A DNA stretch of 64,000 bases, taken from NCBI GenBank assembly GCA_964531475.1, contig CAZHCS010000001.1, forward strand, positions 14,712 through 78,711. Direction: 5' to 3'. Position 1 is the stretch's first letter, and each line of letters starts with the position of its first letter. Positions 1-8,676 of the stretch are shown piece by piece. Source of the stretch: an uncultured Candidatus Saccharibacteria bacterium (GTDB lineage: Bacteria; Patescibacteriota; Minisyncoccia; Phycocordibacterales; CSBR16-119). The position numbers were made by a program, and so were the translations under genes. The notes beneath the pieces are model-generated. The model was not told where the DNA came from and did no database searches. It worked only from the letters and a program-made list of their open reading frames with translations.

Positions 1-112
1 CGAGCCATGTATATGGGTGCGGTCGGACGCGTCCACGTATGATGTCTCGAAGGTAGGGCAGATTTCCGACGATAGCAAGTCCGGCGGCGATGATCGCAAT
101 GGTTAATTTCAT
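1..112 (-). CDS. membrane protein, partial (runs off window start)
   Basis: Manual translation MKLTIAIIAAGLAIVGNLPYLRDIIRGRVRPHPYTWL; ATGA overlap with the miaA stop. Confidence 0.7.
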   Translation of the reverse strand, partial: MKLTIAIIAAGLAIVGNLPYLRDIIRGRVRPHPYTWL

Positions 113-993
113 ACAGATCTATTGTACCAAGTTATTCTGTTGTCTTTGCGAAACCATGTGCGCTGTCTTTTTGCGTACTGCCAGATTTTCGTCTTGAGAA
201 TATCTTTCATTTCGTCTTCCGAAATTTTACCCTGGAGGAACTTCGCAATGTAGCGGTATTCTAGTCCGAAGTTTTCAAGTCTTTCCCAAGAGACTCCTCC
301 GCCAGCTGGCGGATTCGCATGGAGTTTTCTTACCTCATCTACCATGCCAAGTTCGAGGCGCTTCTCGATACGTTTGGCAATGCGCTCTTTCAAGATTTCG
401 TCAGGGAAGTCGAGACCGATGAGCTCGAAATCATAGTTCTGTGGGCCGTATTTCACTGCAGGAATGACGCCGAGGGCGCGTCCGAGCTCAATAGCGCGGA
501 TAACCCGGCGTTTGTTTTCTGTGTCGATTTTTGCGCCTTCTTCTTTTGGGATGCTTAGCAGGATTTCTTGGAGTTCTTCTAGGCTTTTTCCTTGGAGCTC
601 TTTGCGAAGTATCGGATCGGCCGGAGCGGCGGGGAAAACTGGGTTATCGACGACGGCCTGGATGAAGTACCCCGTTCCGCCGCAAATGATGGGTGTCTTG
701 CCGCGAGAGAGAATTTCTTCGATTTTTTCAAAAGCGAGTCTTTGGTATTCCTCAACAGAAAAATCTTCATGCGGATCGCGAATATCTAGGAGGTGGTGGG
801 GAACACCTTTCATTTCTTTGTGGGTTATTTTCCCAGTACCAAGATCCATCCCGCGGTACACTTGGCGTGAGTCGGCCGAGATGATTTCGCCTCCGCCAGC
901 TGGCGGATTGAGCTCCAAAGTCAAATTTACAGCGTAATCAGATTTACCAGTCGCTGTCGGGCCGAGGATGATGTAAACTTTTGGCTTTTCCAT
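109..993 (-). CDS. miaA: tRNA dimethylallyltransferase
   Basis: GPTATGKS P-loop, IISADSRQVYRGMDLGTGK, GGTGYF, YAKRQRTWF. Confidence 0.97.
   Translation of the reverse strand: MEKPKVYIILGPTATGKSDYAVNLTLELNPPAGGGEIISADSRQVYRGMDLGTGKITHKEMKGVPHHLLDIRDPHEDFSVEEYQRLAFEKIEEILSRGKTPIICGGTGYFIQAVVDNPVFPAAPADPILRKELQGKSLEELQEILLSIPKEEGAKIDTENKRRVIRAIELGRALGVIPAVKYGPQNYDFELIGLDFPDEILKERIAKRIEKRLELGMVDEVRKLHANPPAGGGVSWERLENFGLEYRYIAKFLQGKISEDEMKDILKTKIWQYAKRQRTWFRKDNRITWYNRSV
298..313. repeat. 16-bp perfect palindrome TCCGCCAGCTGGCGGA in frame in miaA (copy 1)
   Basis: 20-bp context CCTCCGCCAGCTGGCGGATT is identical at 296-315 and 890-909; both read NPPAGGG. Confidence 0.9.
892..907. repeat. 16-bp perfect palindrome TCCGCCAGCTGGCGGA in frame in miaA (copy 2)
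   Basis: Interrupts the usual LNGEIISADS motif as LNPPAGGGEIISADS. Confidence 0.9.
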
Positions 994-997
994 ATGG

Positions 998-1025
998 TTG
1001 ACAATACAGGAAAAATTCTTAGAAT
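998..1025 (+). promoter_or_regulatory. sigma70-type promoter
   Basis: TTGACA-16nt-TAGAAT, divergent from the miaA start. Confidence 0.6.
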
Positions 1026-1029
1026 CAAA

Positions 1030-1521
1030 GCGTACCGTTTACTTCACCGTCCTCATCCTCGGACAAGAAAACCTCTACGAGGTACCCCCCCCGAGAAAGT
1101 AGTCCGGGTCGTAAGGAGTAGCGACCCAGTTGGCGTGAATCGATTGAACGGATAGTCCGCAGTGATGCGATGCATTCCCGAATATCGATTGGACAACATA
1201 CCGGTTTCCGGTGCAATAAGCCAAGATCTGGAAAAACGACTCTAGGTACACCATTTCTTTTTCTCCGTTCTTTGAATGTTTAGCACGAATAAGCGACATC
1301 TTTTGGTGAGCGCTAGCATCTCTGGCACGCGAATGGCCAATAACCTTTACGAGTAAGACGAAGATCCGGTCACACGGATTGGAGGTCGATATGTACAGCG
1401 GTACCGCTCTGCATGTCCCGTCAAAGGGAAAGTATTTAGATGTTTCGTGCAAGCCATGCGACACGGTTTCGTATGGTGGGCGTATCAGAGGCGGATCCAT
1501 TGCGGTCCGCCTCTTCGTTTT
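1030..1521 (+). ncRNA. candidate structured ncRNA, about 490 nt
   Basis: Bounded by a promoter and a terminator; no credible + strand ORF; many hairpins whose G-U pairs work only on the + strand. Confidence 0.45.
1487..1521 (+). terminator. intrinsic terminator
   Basis: AGAGGCGGATC...GGTCCGCCTCT followed by TCGTTTT. Confidence 0.6.
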
Positions 1522-1537
1522 AATGATGATTATCCGC

Positions 1538-1565
1538 TTGACACTTATTTTGAAAGGAGTAGTAT
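1538..1565 (+). promoter_or_regulatory. sigma70-type promoter
   Basis: TTGACA-16nt-TAGTAT. Confidence 0.55.
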
Positions 1566-1570
1566 TTATC

Positions 1571-1811
1571 CATAACCCGCTGCTCTCTACGGGAGAGCAT
1601 GGGGCGGTTCTTTGGAAGCCTAGGCTTTTTCAGGTCAATCGAGCCTGTGCGCGCAATGCGGCGGAGTTTTTACTTCGCTGATCACCTAACACGCATCGAT
1701 TGGTTTTTGGACTAGTCAGCGGACCTTGTGCCCGTGAGCTCAAGGGAATTCTGGGAACCATGTGCCCCAAAGCAAAAAGGGCGACTGCGCAAGCAGTCGC
1801 CCTTTGTTTTT
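1571..1811 (+). ncRNA. candidate structured ncRNA, about 240 nt
   Basis: Bounded by a promoter and a terminator; hairpins TGCTCTC/GAGAGCA and CGGCGGAGT/ACTTCGCTG; closing helix GGTTCTT/GGGAACC. Confidence 0.4.
1774..1811. terminator. bidirectional terminator shared with tRNA-Leu
   Basis: AAAGGGCGACTGC-GCAA-GCAGTCGCCCTTT with A/T tails. Confidence 0.8.
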
Positions 1812-1812
1812 G

Positions 1813-1894
1813 TGCCGGAGAGAGGAATCGAACCTCCACCCCTTTCGAGACACGATTTTGAGTCGTGCGCGTCTACCAATTCCGCCACTCCGGC
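1813..1894 (-). tRNA. tRNA-Leu(CAA)
   Basis: GCCGGAG acceptor stem, anticodon arm CACGA-CTCAAAA-TCGTG, long variable arm, GGTTCGATTCC. Confidence 0.95.
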
Positions 1895-1970
1895 AAAGAT
1901 GGAGAAATTCTACTTCACTTTCCCCTAAAATACAACTACTCCTCGTAGTCTTGTATGCTAAAATATCCTC

Positions 1971-2993
1971 ATGCAAAAAAGCGATCTGGTTTCTGAATCG
2001 ATATATTTCATCGAAGTCGACAAAATAGTCCCAAACCCTTATCAGCCTCGACGCGAGTTTGACGAGGCGCGACTCAAAGATTTGGCCGACTCTATACGCC
2101 AATATGGCGTTTTACAACCGCTCGTAGTTTCGCGGCTTGAAAGTCCGAACGACCATGGCGGTTTTTCGGTAACATATGAACTTATCGCCGGCGAACGCAG
2201 GCTTCGCGCTTCGCGCCTTGCCGGTCTCTCACAGGTTCCGGCCGTCATCAGAAAAGAGCAGGATCCGATGATGAAGCTCGAGCTCGCCATCATCGAAAAC
2301 CTGCAGCGCGAGGATTTGAACCCAATAGATCGTGCGCGATCTTTTATGCGTCTTGCGACAGAATTTAATCTCTCACATGCTGAAATCGGTAGAAAGGTGG
2401 GCAAGTCACGCGAATACGTTTCGAATAGTTTGCGCATGTTACAGATGCCGCAAGAGATCATCGACGGCTTGTCTGCGGGAAAAATAAACGAAGGTCACAC
2501 CCGCCCGCTTTTGATGCTAAATGATCGTCCCGAAGAACAAGCAGTACTCTTTAAAGAGATCGTTTACAAGAAAATGACGGTTCGCGAAGCAGAACGTATT
2601 GCTCGAGGTATTGCCAAGGAAAAGGTAAGGAAGCATGAACTTTTGCCTGATCCAGAAATCGAAGAAATGCAGAATCGTTTGCAAGAATCCTTGGGCACGC
2701 GCGTACATATCGATCGCAAAGACGTTGGGGGCAAGATCACGATAGACTTTTTCTCACGGCAGGATCTAGAAGATTTGCTGCGCTTGCTAGAGTCCGGAGA
2801 GGCAACCGGTGTAGACAAGTTGACACGTCATATCGAAAGCCAGCCAGTTGCTACCTTAACAGAAGCCGCTCCCGCGCCGGCTACGACCGATGTACTCGAG
2901 GAAGCAGAAATGCTCGATGATCGTTCTGTTGAAGAAAAGAAAAAATCAGAAGAAGATACCGACTTGTATAGTATTACGAATTTCTCGCTCTAG
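1971..2993 (+). CDS. parB: ParB/Spo0J chromosome partition protein
   Basis: PNPYQPRREF, LIAGERRLRA, IENLQREDLNPI, HTH. Confidence 0.95.
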   Translation: MQKSDLVSESIYFIEVDKIVPNPYQPRREFDEARLKDLADSIRQYGVLQPLVVSRLESPNDHGGFSVTYELIAGERRLRASRLAGLSQVPAVIRKEQDPMMKLELAIIENLQREDLNPIDRARSFMRLATEFNLSHAEIGRKVGKSREYVSNSLRMLQMPQEIIDGLSAGKINEGHTRPLLMLNDRPEEQAVLFKEIVYKKMTVREAERIARGIAKEKVRKHELLPDPEIEEMQNRLQESLGTRVHIDRKDVGGKITIDFFSRQDLEDLLRLLESGEATGVDKLTRHIESQPVATLTEAAPAPATTDVLEEAEMLDDRSVEEKKKSEEDTDLYSITNFSL

Positions 2994-2999
2994 TCACGA

Positions 3000-4454
3000 T
3001 TAGCGGAAGCGGTTCATAAATTTATTGAGGAGGCTGTTCTCGTCGAGATAGCGACGAATATGGCGGCGTGCAAGCGTAGTTTTGGCGGCGTCGAGCCATT
3101 TGCCATTTGGAACAGCTTTTTCGTTTGTTTCGACGACTACAATGTCGCCGTTGTGGAGTTTTGTATCCAATTTTGAATATTTGCCGTTTACTTTTGCACC
3201 ACTTGCATGGTTGCCTATATCGGAATGGATGGCGTAAGCAAAGTCGATTACCGAAGATTGCTCGGGTAGGTCGATAACGGCGCCTTTGGGGGTAAATACG
3301 AAGATACGTTTTGAGAAAAAGTCTATTTTAAGATTTTCCAAAAAGGCTGATGGTTTGGCAACGTTTTTCTGCAACTCTTTGAACTGTTCAATCCAGCCCG
3401 TGTGGGTTTGGTTTTTATTGAAACCTTCTTTGTAGGCGAAAAAAGAGGCTATACCATGCTCGGCCTGCTCGTGCATCTTAGGCGTTCTTATTTGTATTTC
3501 TACTACTCCGCCTTCGCCAGTGAAAATTGTCGTGTGCAGGCTCTTGTAGCCGTTCGGCTTTGGAAGGGCAATGAAATCTTTGATGCGACCAGGTACTGGC
3601 TTCCAAAGACCATGTATGATCCCGAGCGCCTGATAGCAGGTTTCGATAGTAGGAACAATGATGCGCAGCGCGACAATATCATAGACTTTGTCTATATCCA
3701 TGTCGCGCTTTTTTAATTTTTTATAAAGGCTATAGGTGCCCTTGACGCGTGAGCTAGTGCCAATGATAGGGACATTGTGCTTTTCGAATTCGCCCATCAG
3801 TGTTGCTCGAACATGTTCGAGATGGCTCTCGTCGCTGCGGCTTTTATGGCGGAGCAGATCTTCGACTTCGGCCGCTTCTTTGGGAAATGCGTAGGGGAAG
3901 GCTAAGTCCTCGAGCTCGCCTTTTAGTCTCCACATGCCGAGTCGGTTTGCCATCGGAGCGTGAATCTCGATAGTTTCGAGCGCGATACGTTTTTGCTTGT
4001 TTGGCGGCACGTGTTGGAGTGTTTGCATGTTGTGAAGCCTGTCTGCCAATTTGACCATGATGACGCGGACATCTTCGGCCATGGCGACGAAAAACTTGCG
4101 CAAGCTTTCGACATGGCGCTCTTCACCCCGGTATTTGACCTTGCCGAGTTTGGTTACGCCGTTTACTAGGAACAAAACGTCTGGGCCGAATTCGCGCTCG
4201 ACGTCTTCTTCGGTCGCGCGACCGTCTTCGATAGTATCGTGCAAGAGTCCGGCGATTATGGTTTTTACATCGGCACCGAGTCCGGCTAAAATTTTTCCGA
4301 CCTCGAATACATGATTGAAATACGGTTCGCCGCTGGCACGTTTTTGCCCGTCGTGAGCTTTTTCGGCAAAGTCATAGGCACGCCGGATCCAGGTTTGATC
4401 TGTTTCGCTTGGCGGGTTTGGCATTTTTGAGTAGATTTCATCGACGCGGGTCAT
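3000..4454 (-). CDS. spoT: RelA/SpoT (p)ppGpp hydrolase-synthetase (HD+SYNTH+TGS, no C-terminal ACT)
   Basis: HDGQKRASGEPY, LHDTIED, KLADRLHNM, NGYKSLHT, EIQIRT, VFTPKG..DFAYAIHS. Confidence 0.92.
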   Translation of the reverse strand: MTRVDEIYSKMPNPPSETDQTWIRRAYDFAEKAHDGQKRASGEPYFNHVFEVGKILAGLGADVKTIIAGLLHDTIEDGRATEEDVEREFGPDVLFLVNGVTKLGKVKYRGEERHVESLRKFFVAMAEDVRVIMVKLADRLHNMQTLQHVPPNKQKRIALETIEIHAPMANRLGMWRLKGELEDLAFPYAFPKEAAEVEDLLRHKSRSDESHLEHVRATLMGEFEKHNVPIIGTSSRVKGTYSLYKKLKKRDMDIDKVYDIVALRIIVPTIETCYQALGIIHGLWKPVPGRIKDFIALPKPNGYKSLHTTIFTGEGGVVEIQIRTPKMHEQAEHGIASFFAYKEGFNKNQTHTGWIEQFKELQKNVAKPSAFLENLKIDFFSKRIFVFTPKGAVIDLPEQSSVIDFAYAIHSDIGNHASGAKVNGKYSKLDTKLHNGDIVVVETNEKAVPNGKWLDAAKTTLARRHIRRYLDENSLLNKFMNRFR

Positions 4455-4494
4455 GGAGCCTATTATACATGATTTTTCTAGCCTATCGCTCCGC

Positions 4495-4564
4495 AAAACT
4501 GTGTTTCTTTACCCTGCGGGAGCGTGTCTGCGCACTAGGTCCTCGGGTTCAGAAACACAGTTTT
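4495..4564. repeat. 70-bp inverted-repeat element between divergent spoT and lepA
   Basis: 14-bp perfect arms AAAACTGTGTTTCT / AGAAACACAGTTTT. Confidence 0.75.
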
Positions 4565-4617
4565 ACTTCGCTGCGACCCTTTATTTTTCGTCATTTTCTG
4601 GTAATATGCAGATATTC

Positions 4618-6420
4618 ATGGACCTCCGCCATATCCGCAATTTCAGCATTATCGCCCATATCGACCACGGGAAAAGCACCCTGGCCGATCGTCTTTTGGA
4701 ATTGACCAATACTATTGAAAAGCGAAAGATGCAAGACCAGGTCCTCGACAACATGGAGCTCGAACGCGAGCGTGGCATCACGATCAAGATGCAGCCGGTT
4801 AGAATGCAGCACAATGTTGATGGGCAGGATTATGTTTTTAATCTCATCGACACCCCGGGGCATATCGACTTTTCCTACGAAGTCTCCCGCGCCCTAAATG
4901 CCGTCGAAGGCTCTATACTGCTCGTTGACTCAACTCAGGGTGTCCAGGCTCAGACTTTTACGACTCTTGGGATGGCGCAAAAATCTGGGCTTACTATTAT
5001 TCCTGTATTATCGAAAATCGACTCTCCGCTTTCACGTGTAGACGAGGTCAAGGCCGAAGTTGCTAAGGTATTGCAGTGTTCGGAAGACGAAATACTTTGC
5101 GTTTCGGGTCGCACCGGAGAAGGTGTGTCGAAGTTGCTCGAAGAGATAGTTCGTCGTGTACCGGCGCCAAAACAAGAATCTATCCAGGACGGACTACGTT
5201 CGCTCGTGTTTGATTTTCAATATTCAAATCACAAGGGAGTCATTGTTTATGTTCGCGTCACCGATGGACAAGTTAAAAAAGGCGATACTCTCATATTTAC
5301 ATCGGCCAAAGAAAAATTTATTGCACTCGAAGTTGGGACGTTTAGTCCAAGCCCGGTTGCCAAGGACATTTTATCTGCTGGCGAGATTGGCTATATCGTG
5401 ACTGGTATCAAAAAGCCCGGTATCGCATCGGTTGGCGACACAGTCACGCTCGAGAAAAAGCCGCTCCCAGCTTTGCCAGGCTATATGACGCCACGGCCGG
5501 TCGTCTGGGCGTCTGTATATCCGGAAAGTCAGGATGATTTTGACGAACTGCGCGCGTCGCTCGGGAAATTGAAGCTCTCTGATTCGTCGCTGACATACGA
5601 AGAAGAATCGAGCGGTGCGCTCGGGCGAGGTTTTCGCTGCGGACTGCTTGGTATGCTGCACTTGGAGATTATTACAGAGCGATTAAAACGTGAATTTAAT
5701 CTTGCTCTTGTAGTTACGACACCTTCTATAACTTACCGGGTAAAATATCGCAACGGCAAGGAAGAAATGATCTATTCGCCGCATACTTTTCCAAACGATG
5801 GAGATATATCCGAAGTTTCGGAGCCTTGGGTGACAGTTAAGATAATAACCCCGACTGATTATTTGGGTCCTATAATGACTCTTCTTTTCGAACACGAGGC
5901 CGAAGCAAAAGACGTCGAGAATTTTGGTGATAATCGTGGCGCGCTTCTTGTTGAGATGCCGCTTCGAGAGATGATGCGTAACTTTTTTGATAATTTGAAA
6001 TCCGTTTCGTCAGGCTACGCGTCTATTTCGTACGAGATTGGCGAGTATCGTCCAGCTGATGTTGTGCGGCTTGATATCCTCGTCGCTGATGAACCGATCA
6101 TGGCATTCGCTCGCGTCGTCTCGCGTCGTCGTGTTCAAGAAGAAGCTGAACAGGCGGTGCAAAAACTCCACGCTGCGCTCCCGCGACAAATGTTCGTGGC
6201 GAAAATCCAAGGCAAGGCTCTAGGGCGCATATTGGCGTCGGAAACTCTCAAGGCTTTTAGGAAAGATGTCACTCAGCATATGTATGGTGGCGATATCACT
6301 CGTAAAATGAAGCTGCGCGAAAAACAAAAGAAAGGTAAGAAAAAAATGGCCGACCGCGGCAAGGTTAATATCCCGCATGAGGTGTTCTTGAAGATGATGA
6401 GAGGGGGAAGCGACAATTAG
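4618..6420 (+). CDS. lepA: elongation factor 4
   Basis: IRNFSIIAHIDHGKSTLADR, DTPGHIDF, GFRCGLLGMLH, YGGDITRK. Confidence 0.97.
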   Translation: MDLRHIRNFSIIAHIDHGKSTLADRLLELTNTIEKRKMQDQVLDNMELERERGITIKMQPVRMQHNVDGQDYVFNLIDTPGHIDFSYEVSRALNAVEGSILLVDSTQGVQAQTFTTLGMAQKSGLTIIPVLSKIDSPLSRVDEVKAEVAKVLQCSEDEILCVSGRTGEGVSKLLEEIVRRVPAPKQESIQDGLRSLVFDFQYSNHKGVIVYVRVTDGQVKKGDTLIFTSAKEKFIALEVGTFSPSPVAKDILSAGEIGYIVTGIKKPGIASVGDTVTLEKKPLPALPGYMTPRPVVWASVYPESQDDFDELRASLGKLKLSDSSLTYEEESSGALGRGFRCGLLGMLHLEIITERLKREFNLALVVTTPSITYRVKYRNGKEEMIYSPHTFPNDGDISEVSEPWVTVKIITPTDYLGPIMTLLFEHEAEAKDVENFGDNRGALLVEMPLREMMRNFFDNLKSVSSGYASISYEIGEYRPADVVRLDILVADEPIMAFARVVSRRRVQEEAEQAVQKLHAALPRQMFVAKIQGKALGRILASETLKAFRKDVTQHMYGGDITRKMKLREKQKKGKKKMADRGKVNIPHEVFLKMMRGGSDN

Positions 6421-6422
6421 TA

Positions 6423-6450
6423 TTGACTTTTAATAAGACTTGTGTATAAT
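6423..6450 (+). promoter_or_regulatory. sigma70-type promoter of orphan cassette
   Basis: TTGACT-16nt-TATAAT with extended TG. Confidence 0.75.
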
Positions 6451-6467
6451 GTTCAAAAACGAACATC

Positions 6468-7271
6468 ATGCACATCGTAAGGATCATACCAGCAAGTGAA
6501 AAGGGCTTTGCAGGGCTACTCGAAGTTGCAGCTACGGGTGACAGGATTTATCTCGGTACCGAGCAAGATCTTGGTGACATTCATGTTGCAACATGGGGGC
6601 TTGGCAAACGTGGCCCCATCGTTGCCGTTGGCAACCAGCTCAAGTACTTCAATGGCAGCACTATTTATGTGGGCCTTGACGAGGGCGAGCAATGGCAACC
6701 GGCTGGCGATGGAGTCGTTGTGAGGAAGCCAGAGGGCTTCTACTATATCGACGAGAACAAGGGCAACCGGCCCATCTGCACTATCGTGAACCGGCGCGCA
6801 TGGCAAGTATCCCAGACAGGGGTGCTGATCGATGAGGGCTCGGATGACGAGCTCATGCTGGTCGAATACGGATTCGACGGCAGTCGCAAGGTCCACTTTA
6901 TTTCTGAGAAAGGCTCGGAGGACGCAGCTGCGGCCAGTTGGGCAGCACATCACACAGAAGGTGTCCTCGTCGACATTGGGAATCATGAGGGGTACAAGGT
7001 CGCTCACGTGATCAATAATGGTAATCGAGTCATCGTTTACGACGAGCTCAAGCATGGACCGGTTGATGAAGGCAGTTGGTATGCGCACCCAATTGGTATC
7101 GTAGGTTTACGATCGGGTGAGTTGCGAGTCAGCGACGAAGCCGGTACTCGCCTACTTTCCAAGGGCGACTGGGGCCGCTGTCTGGTTTCAACCCCGACCT
7201 TGCCTGGTGTTCTGTACGTTGCGCGTGAGAACTACAAGGATGTCTACTACTTTCTCGTTCACAAGGACTGA
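6468..7271 (+). CDS. hypothetical protein, beta-rich with W-x-x-x-x-x-G-V-V/I type repeats (possible propeller)
   Basis: 267-aa ORF with its own promoter and terminator. Confidence 0.7.
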   Translation: MHIVRIIPASEKGFAGLLEVAATGDRIYLGTEQDLGDIHVATWGLGKRGPIVAVGNQLKYFNGSTIYVGLDEGEQWQPAGDGVVVRKPEGFYYIDENKGNRPICTIVNRRAWQVSQTGVLIDEGSDDELMLVEYGFDGSRKVHFISEKGSEDAAAASWAAHHTEGVLVDIGNHEGYKVAHVINNGNRVIVYDELKHGPVDEGSWYAHPIGIVGLRSGELRVSDEAGTRLLSKGDWGRCLVSTPTLPGVLYVARENYKDVYYFLVHKD

Positions 7272-7286
7272 AGGTTGCTCCTTTTG

Positions 7287-7320
7287 AAAAAGCCCCCGAT
7301 TCGTCGGGGGTCTTTTCTTT
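7287..7320. terminator. intrinsic terminator
   Basis: GCCCCCGA-TTCG-TCGGGGGT plus T-tract. Confidence 0.8.
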
Positions 7321-7351
7321 GCGCTAACGGCCAATGGCTCATAGCTAACGG

Positions 7352-7459
7352 CTACCTGAAAATCGGCGCGTAGAGGAGGATCATCGAGATGATAACCACA
7401 ACTGCGAGTACCGACCAGGCGACCTGAATCTTTTTCTTGTGCTTAGGATTGAACATCAT
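7352..7459 (-). CDS. small membrane protein (35 aa)
   Basis: Manual translation MMFNPKHKKKIQVAWSVLAVVVIISMILLYAPIFR; TATAAT just upstream. Confidence 0.65.
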   Translation of the reverse strand: MMFNPKHKKKIQVAWSVLAVVVIISMILLYAPIFR

Positions 7460-7524
7460 AACGGGGTCATTATACGTGTTTTGGTCTTATTGGGCAACAG
7501 GGATAGCTTTGGTATAGTAGGGCT

Positions 7525-7905
7525 ATGTCGAGTCTCAAAAAACAGCGTTTAGTGAGTCGTTTGGCGCGTTCGCCAATGTCTTATGTCACCCTGTTTTTGT
7601 TATCCGCACTTTTTATTTGGAGTGCTACAGGGGCATATAGTAAAAGCCGTTTGGCGAAAGAGCGGCTCGAGAGTGCCAGAGGGCGCCTTTTGGCTATGGA
7701 AGAACAGCGGAGCAAGCTTGCCGCTGACTTGGAGTATGCCAACACGCCTTTTGGCGAGGAAAAAGCTCTGCGTGAGAAATTTAATGTCGTCAAAGAAGGT
7801 GAAAACGTAATAATGATAGTCGAAGAAGAACCTGTGGCTGAAACCAAGACTACAGAAAATATGGGCCGCTTCGAGGCCTGGCTCCGTAAAATCTTTGGAC
7901 GATGA
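7525..7905 (+). CDS. FtsB/DivIC-like septum formation initiator
   Basis: TM helix, coiled coil, EKALREKFNVVKEGE motif. Confidence 0.75.
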   Translation: MSSLKKQRLVSRLARSPMSYVTLFLLSALFIWSATGAYSKSRLAKERLESARGRLLAMEEQRSKLAADLEYANTPFGEEKALREKFNVVKEGENVIMIVEEEPVAETKTTENMGRFEAWLRKIFGR

Positions 7906-7959
7906 TTTTCTTTTACGTTCTGGTATAATGCGGTGACATTAGTAATTAAGATATTCACT

Positions 7960-8220
7960 ATGAAATCAGTCAGCATTTATACGACTCCAACCTGCCATTT
8001 TTGCCAGATGGCCAAAGAATTTTTCAAGGCAAATGGTGTCGAATATAGCGAGTACAATGTTGCCGGTGACGAGGCGAAGCGCGCCGAGATGATAGAAAAG
8101 TCAGGACAGATGGGTGTGCCGGTTATTTTTGTCGGTGAAGATATGGTTATTGGTTTTAACGAGCCAAAGCTCAAGACACTTCTAGCTGACCAGATGGGCG
8201 GCATGCAGGCCGCAGCCTAA
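7960..8220 (+). CDS. glutaredoxin (NrdH/YruB-like)
   Basis: YTTPTCHFC, SGQMGVPVI, IGFN. Confidence 0.92.
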   Translation: MKSVSIYTTPTCHFCQMAKEFFKANGVEYSEYNVAGDEAKRAEMIEKSGQMGVPVIFVGEDMVIGFNEPKLKTLLADQMGGMQAAA

Positions 8221-8258
8221 GTGGTCGGAGTGCGGACGATATGCTAGGATGTCCGCGC

Positions 8259-8330
8259 GCCCCCATAGTTCAATGGATAGAACAGTTCCGTCCTAAGGAG
8301 TAGATGTACGTTCGATTCGTACTGGGGGCA
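8259..8330 (+). tRNA. tRNA-Arg(CCT)
   Basis: GCCCCCA acceptor, anticodon loop GTCCTAA, GTTCGATTC T-loop. Confidence 0.9.
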
Positions 8331-8376
8331 CACAAGCACAAAATTCCGCGTAAGCGGAATTTTGTGCTTGTGTGCC
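8327..8376. terminator. long hairpin after tRNA-Arg
   Basis: 23-bp perfect stem GGCACACAAGCACAAAATTCCGC-GTAA-reverse complement, overlapping the tRNA 3' end. Confidence 0.7.
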
Positions 8377-8405
8377 GGCCGCATAAATATGCTAAAATAT
8401 TACCC

Positions 8406-8675
8406 ATGGACGAAAAGGAATTCCGCGATCTGAAGGAGACTGTGCTAGATACGCACAGGATGGTCTCTCGGCTCTATAAATTCGAGAAAAATCGCCGCCT
8501 GTGGCGCGCCTTGAAATTCATTCTCCTAACTGTTATTATCGTTGGGGCGTATTACGCCGCTCTGCCTTTTTTCAAGCGGGTCTTGGATACCTATAACAGT
8601 TTTTCGTCGGGGGTGACGAATATCCAAAACTTCCAATTCCCGTGGCAGAAAGATGCTTCAGCCGAAGCGCAATAA
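8406..8675 (+). CDS. single-TM hypothetical protein
   Basis: MDEKEF... with one TM helix; TAAAAT just upstream. Confidence 0.75.
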   Translation: MDEKEFRDLKETVLDTHRMVSRLYKFEKNRRLWRALKFILLTVIIVGAYYAALPFFKRVLDTYNSFSSGVTNIQNFQFPWQKDASAEAQ

Positions 8676-8676
8676 T

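Noticed and set aside
1025-1681. ORFs 1025-1216(-), 1075-1500(-) and 1379-1681(+) as proteins
   Set aside because: No recognisable motifs; they run against or across the + strand promoter and terminator signals.
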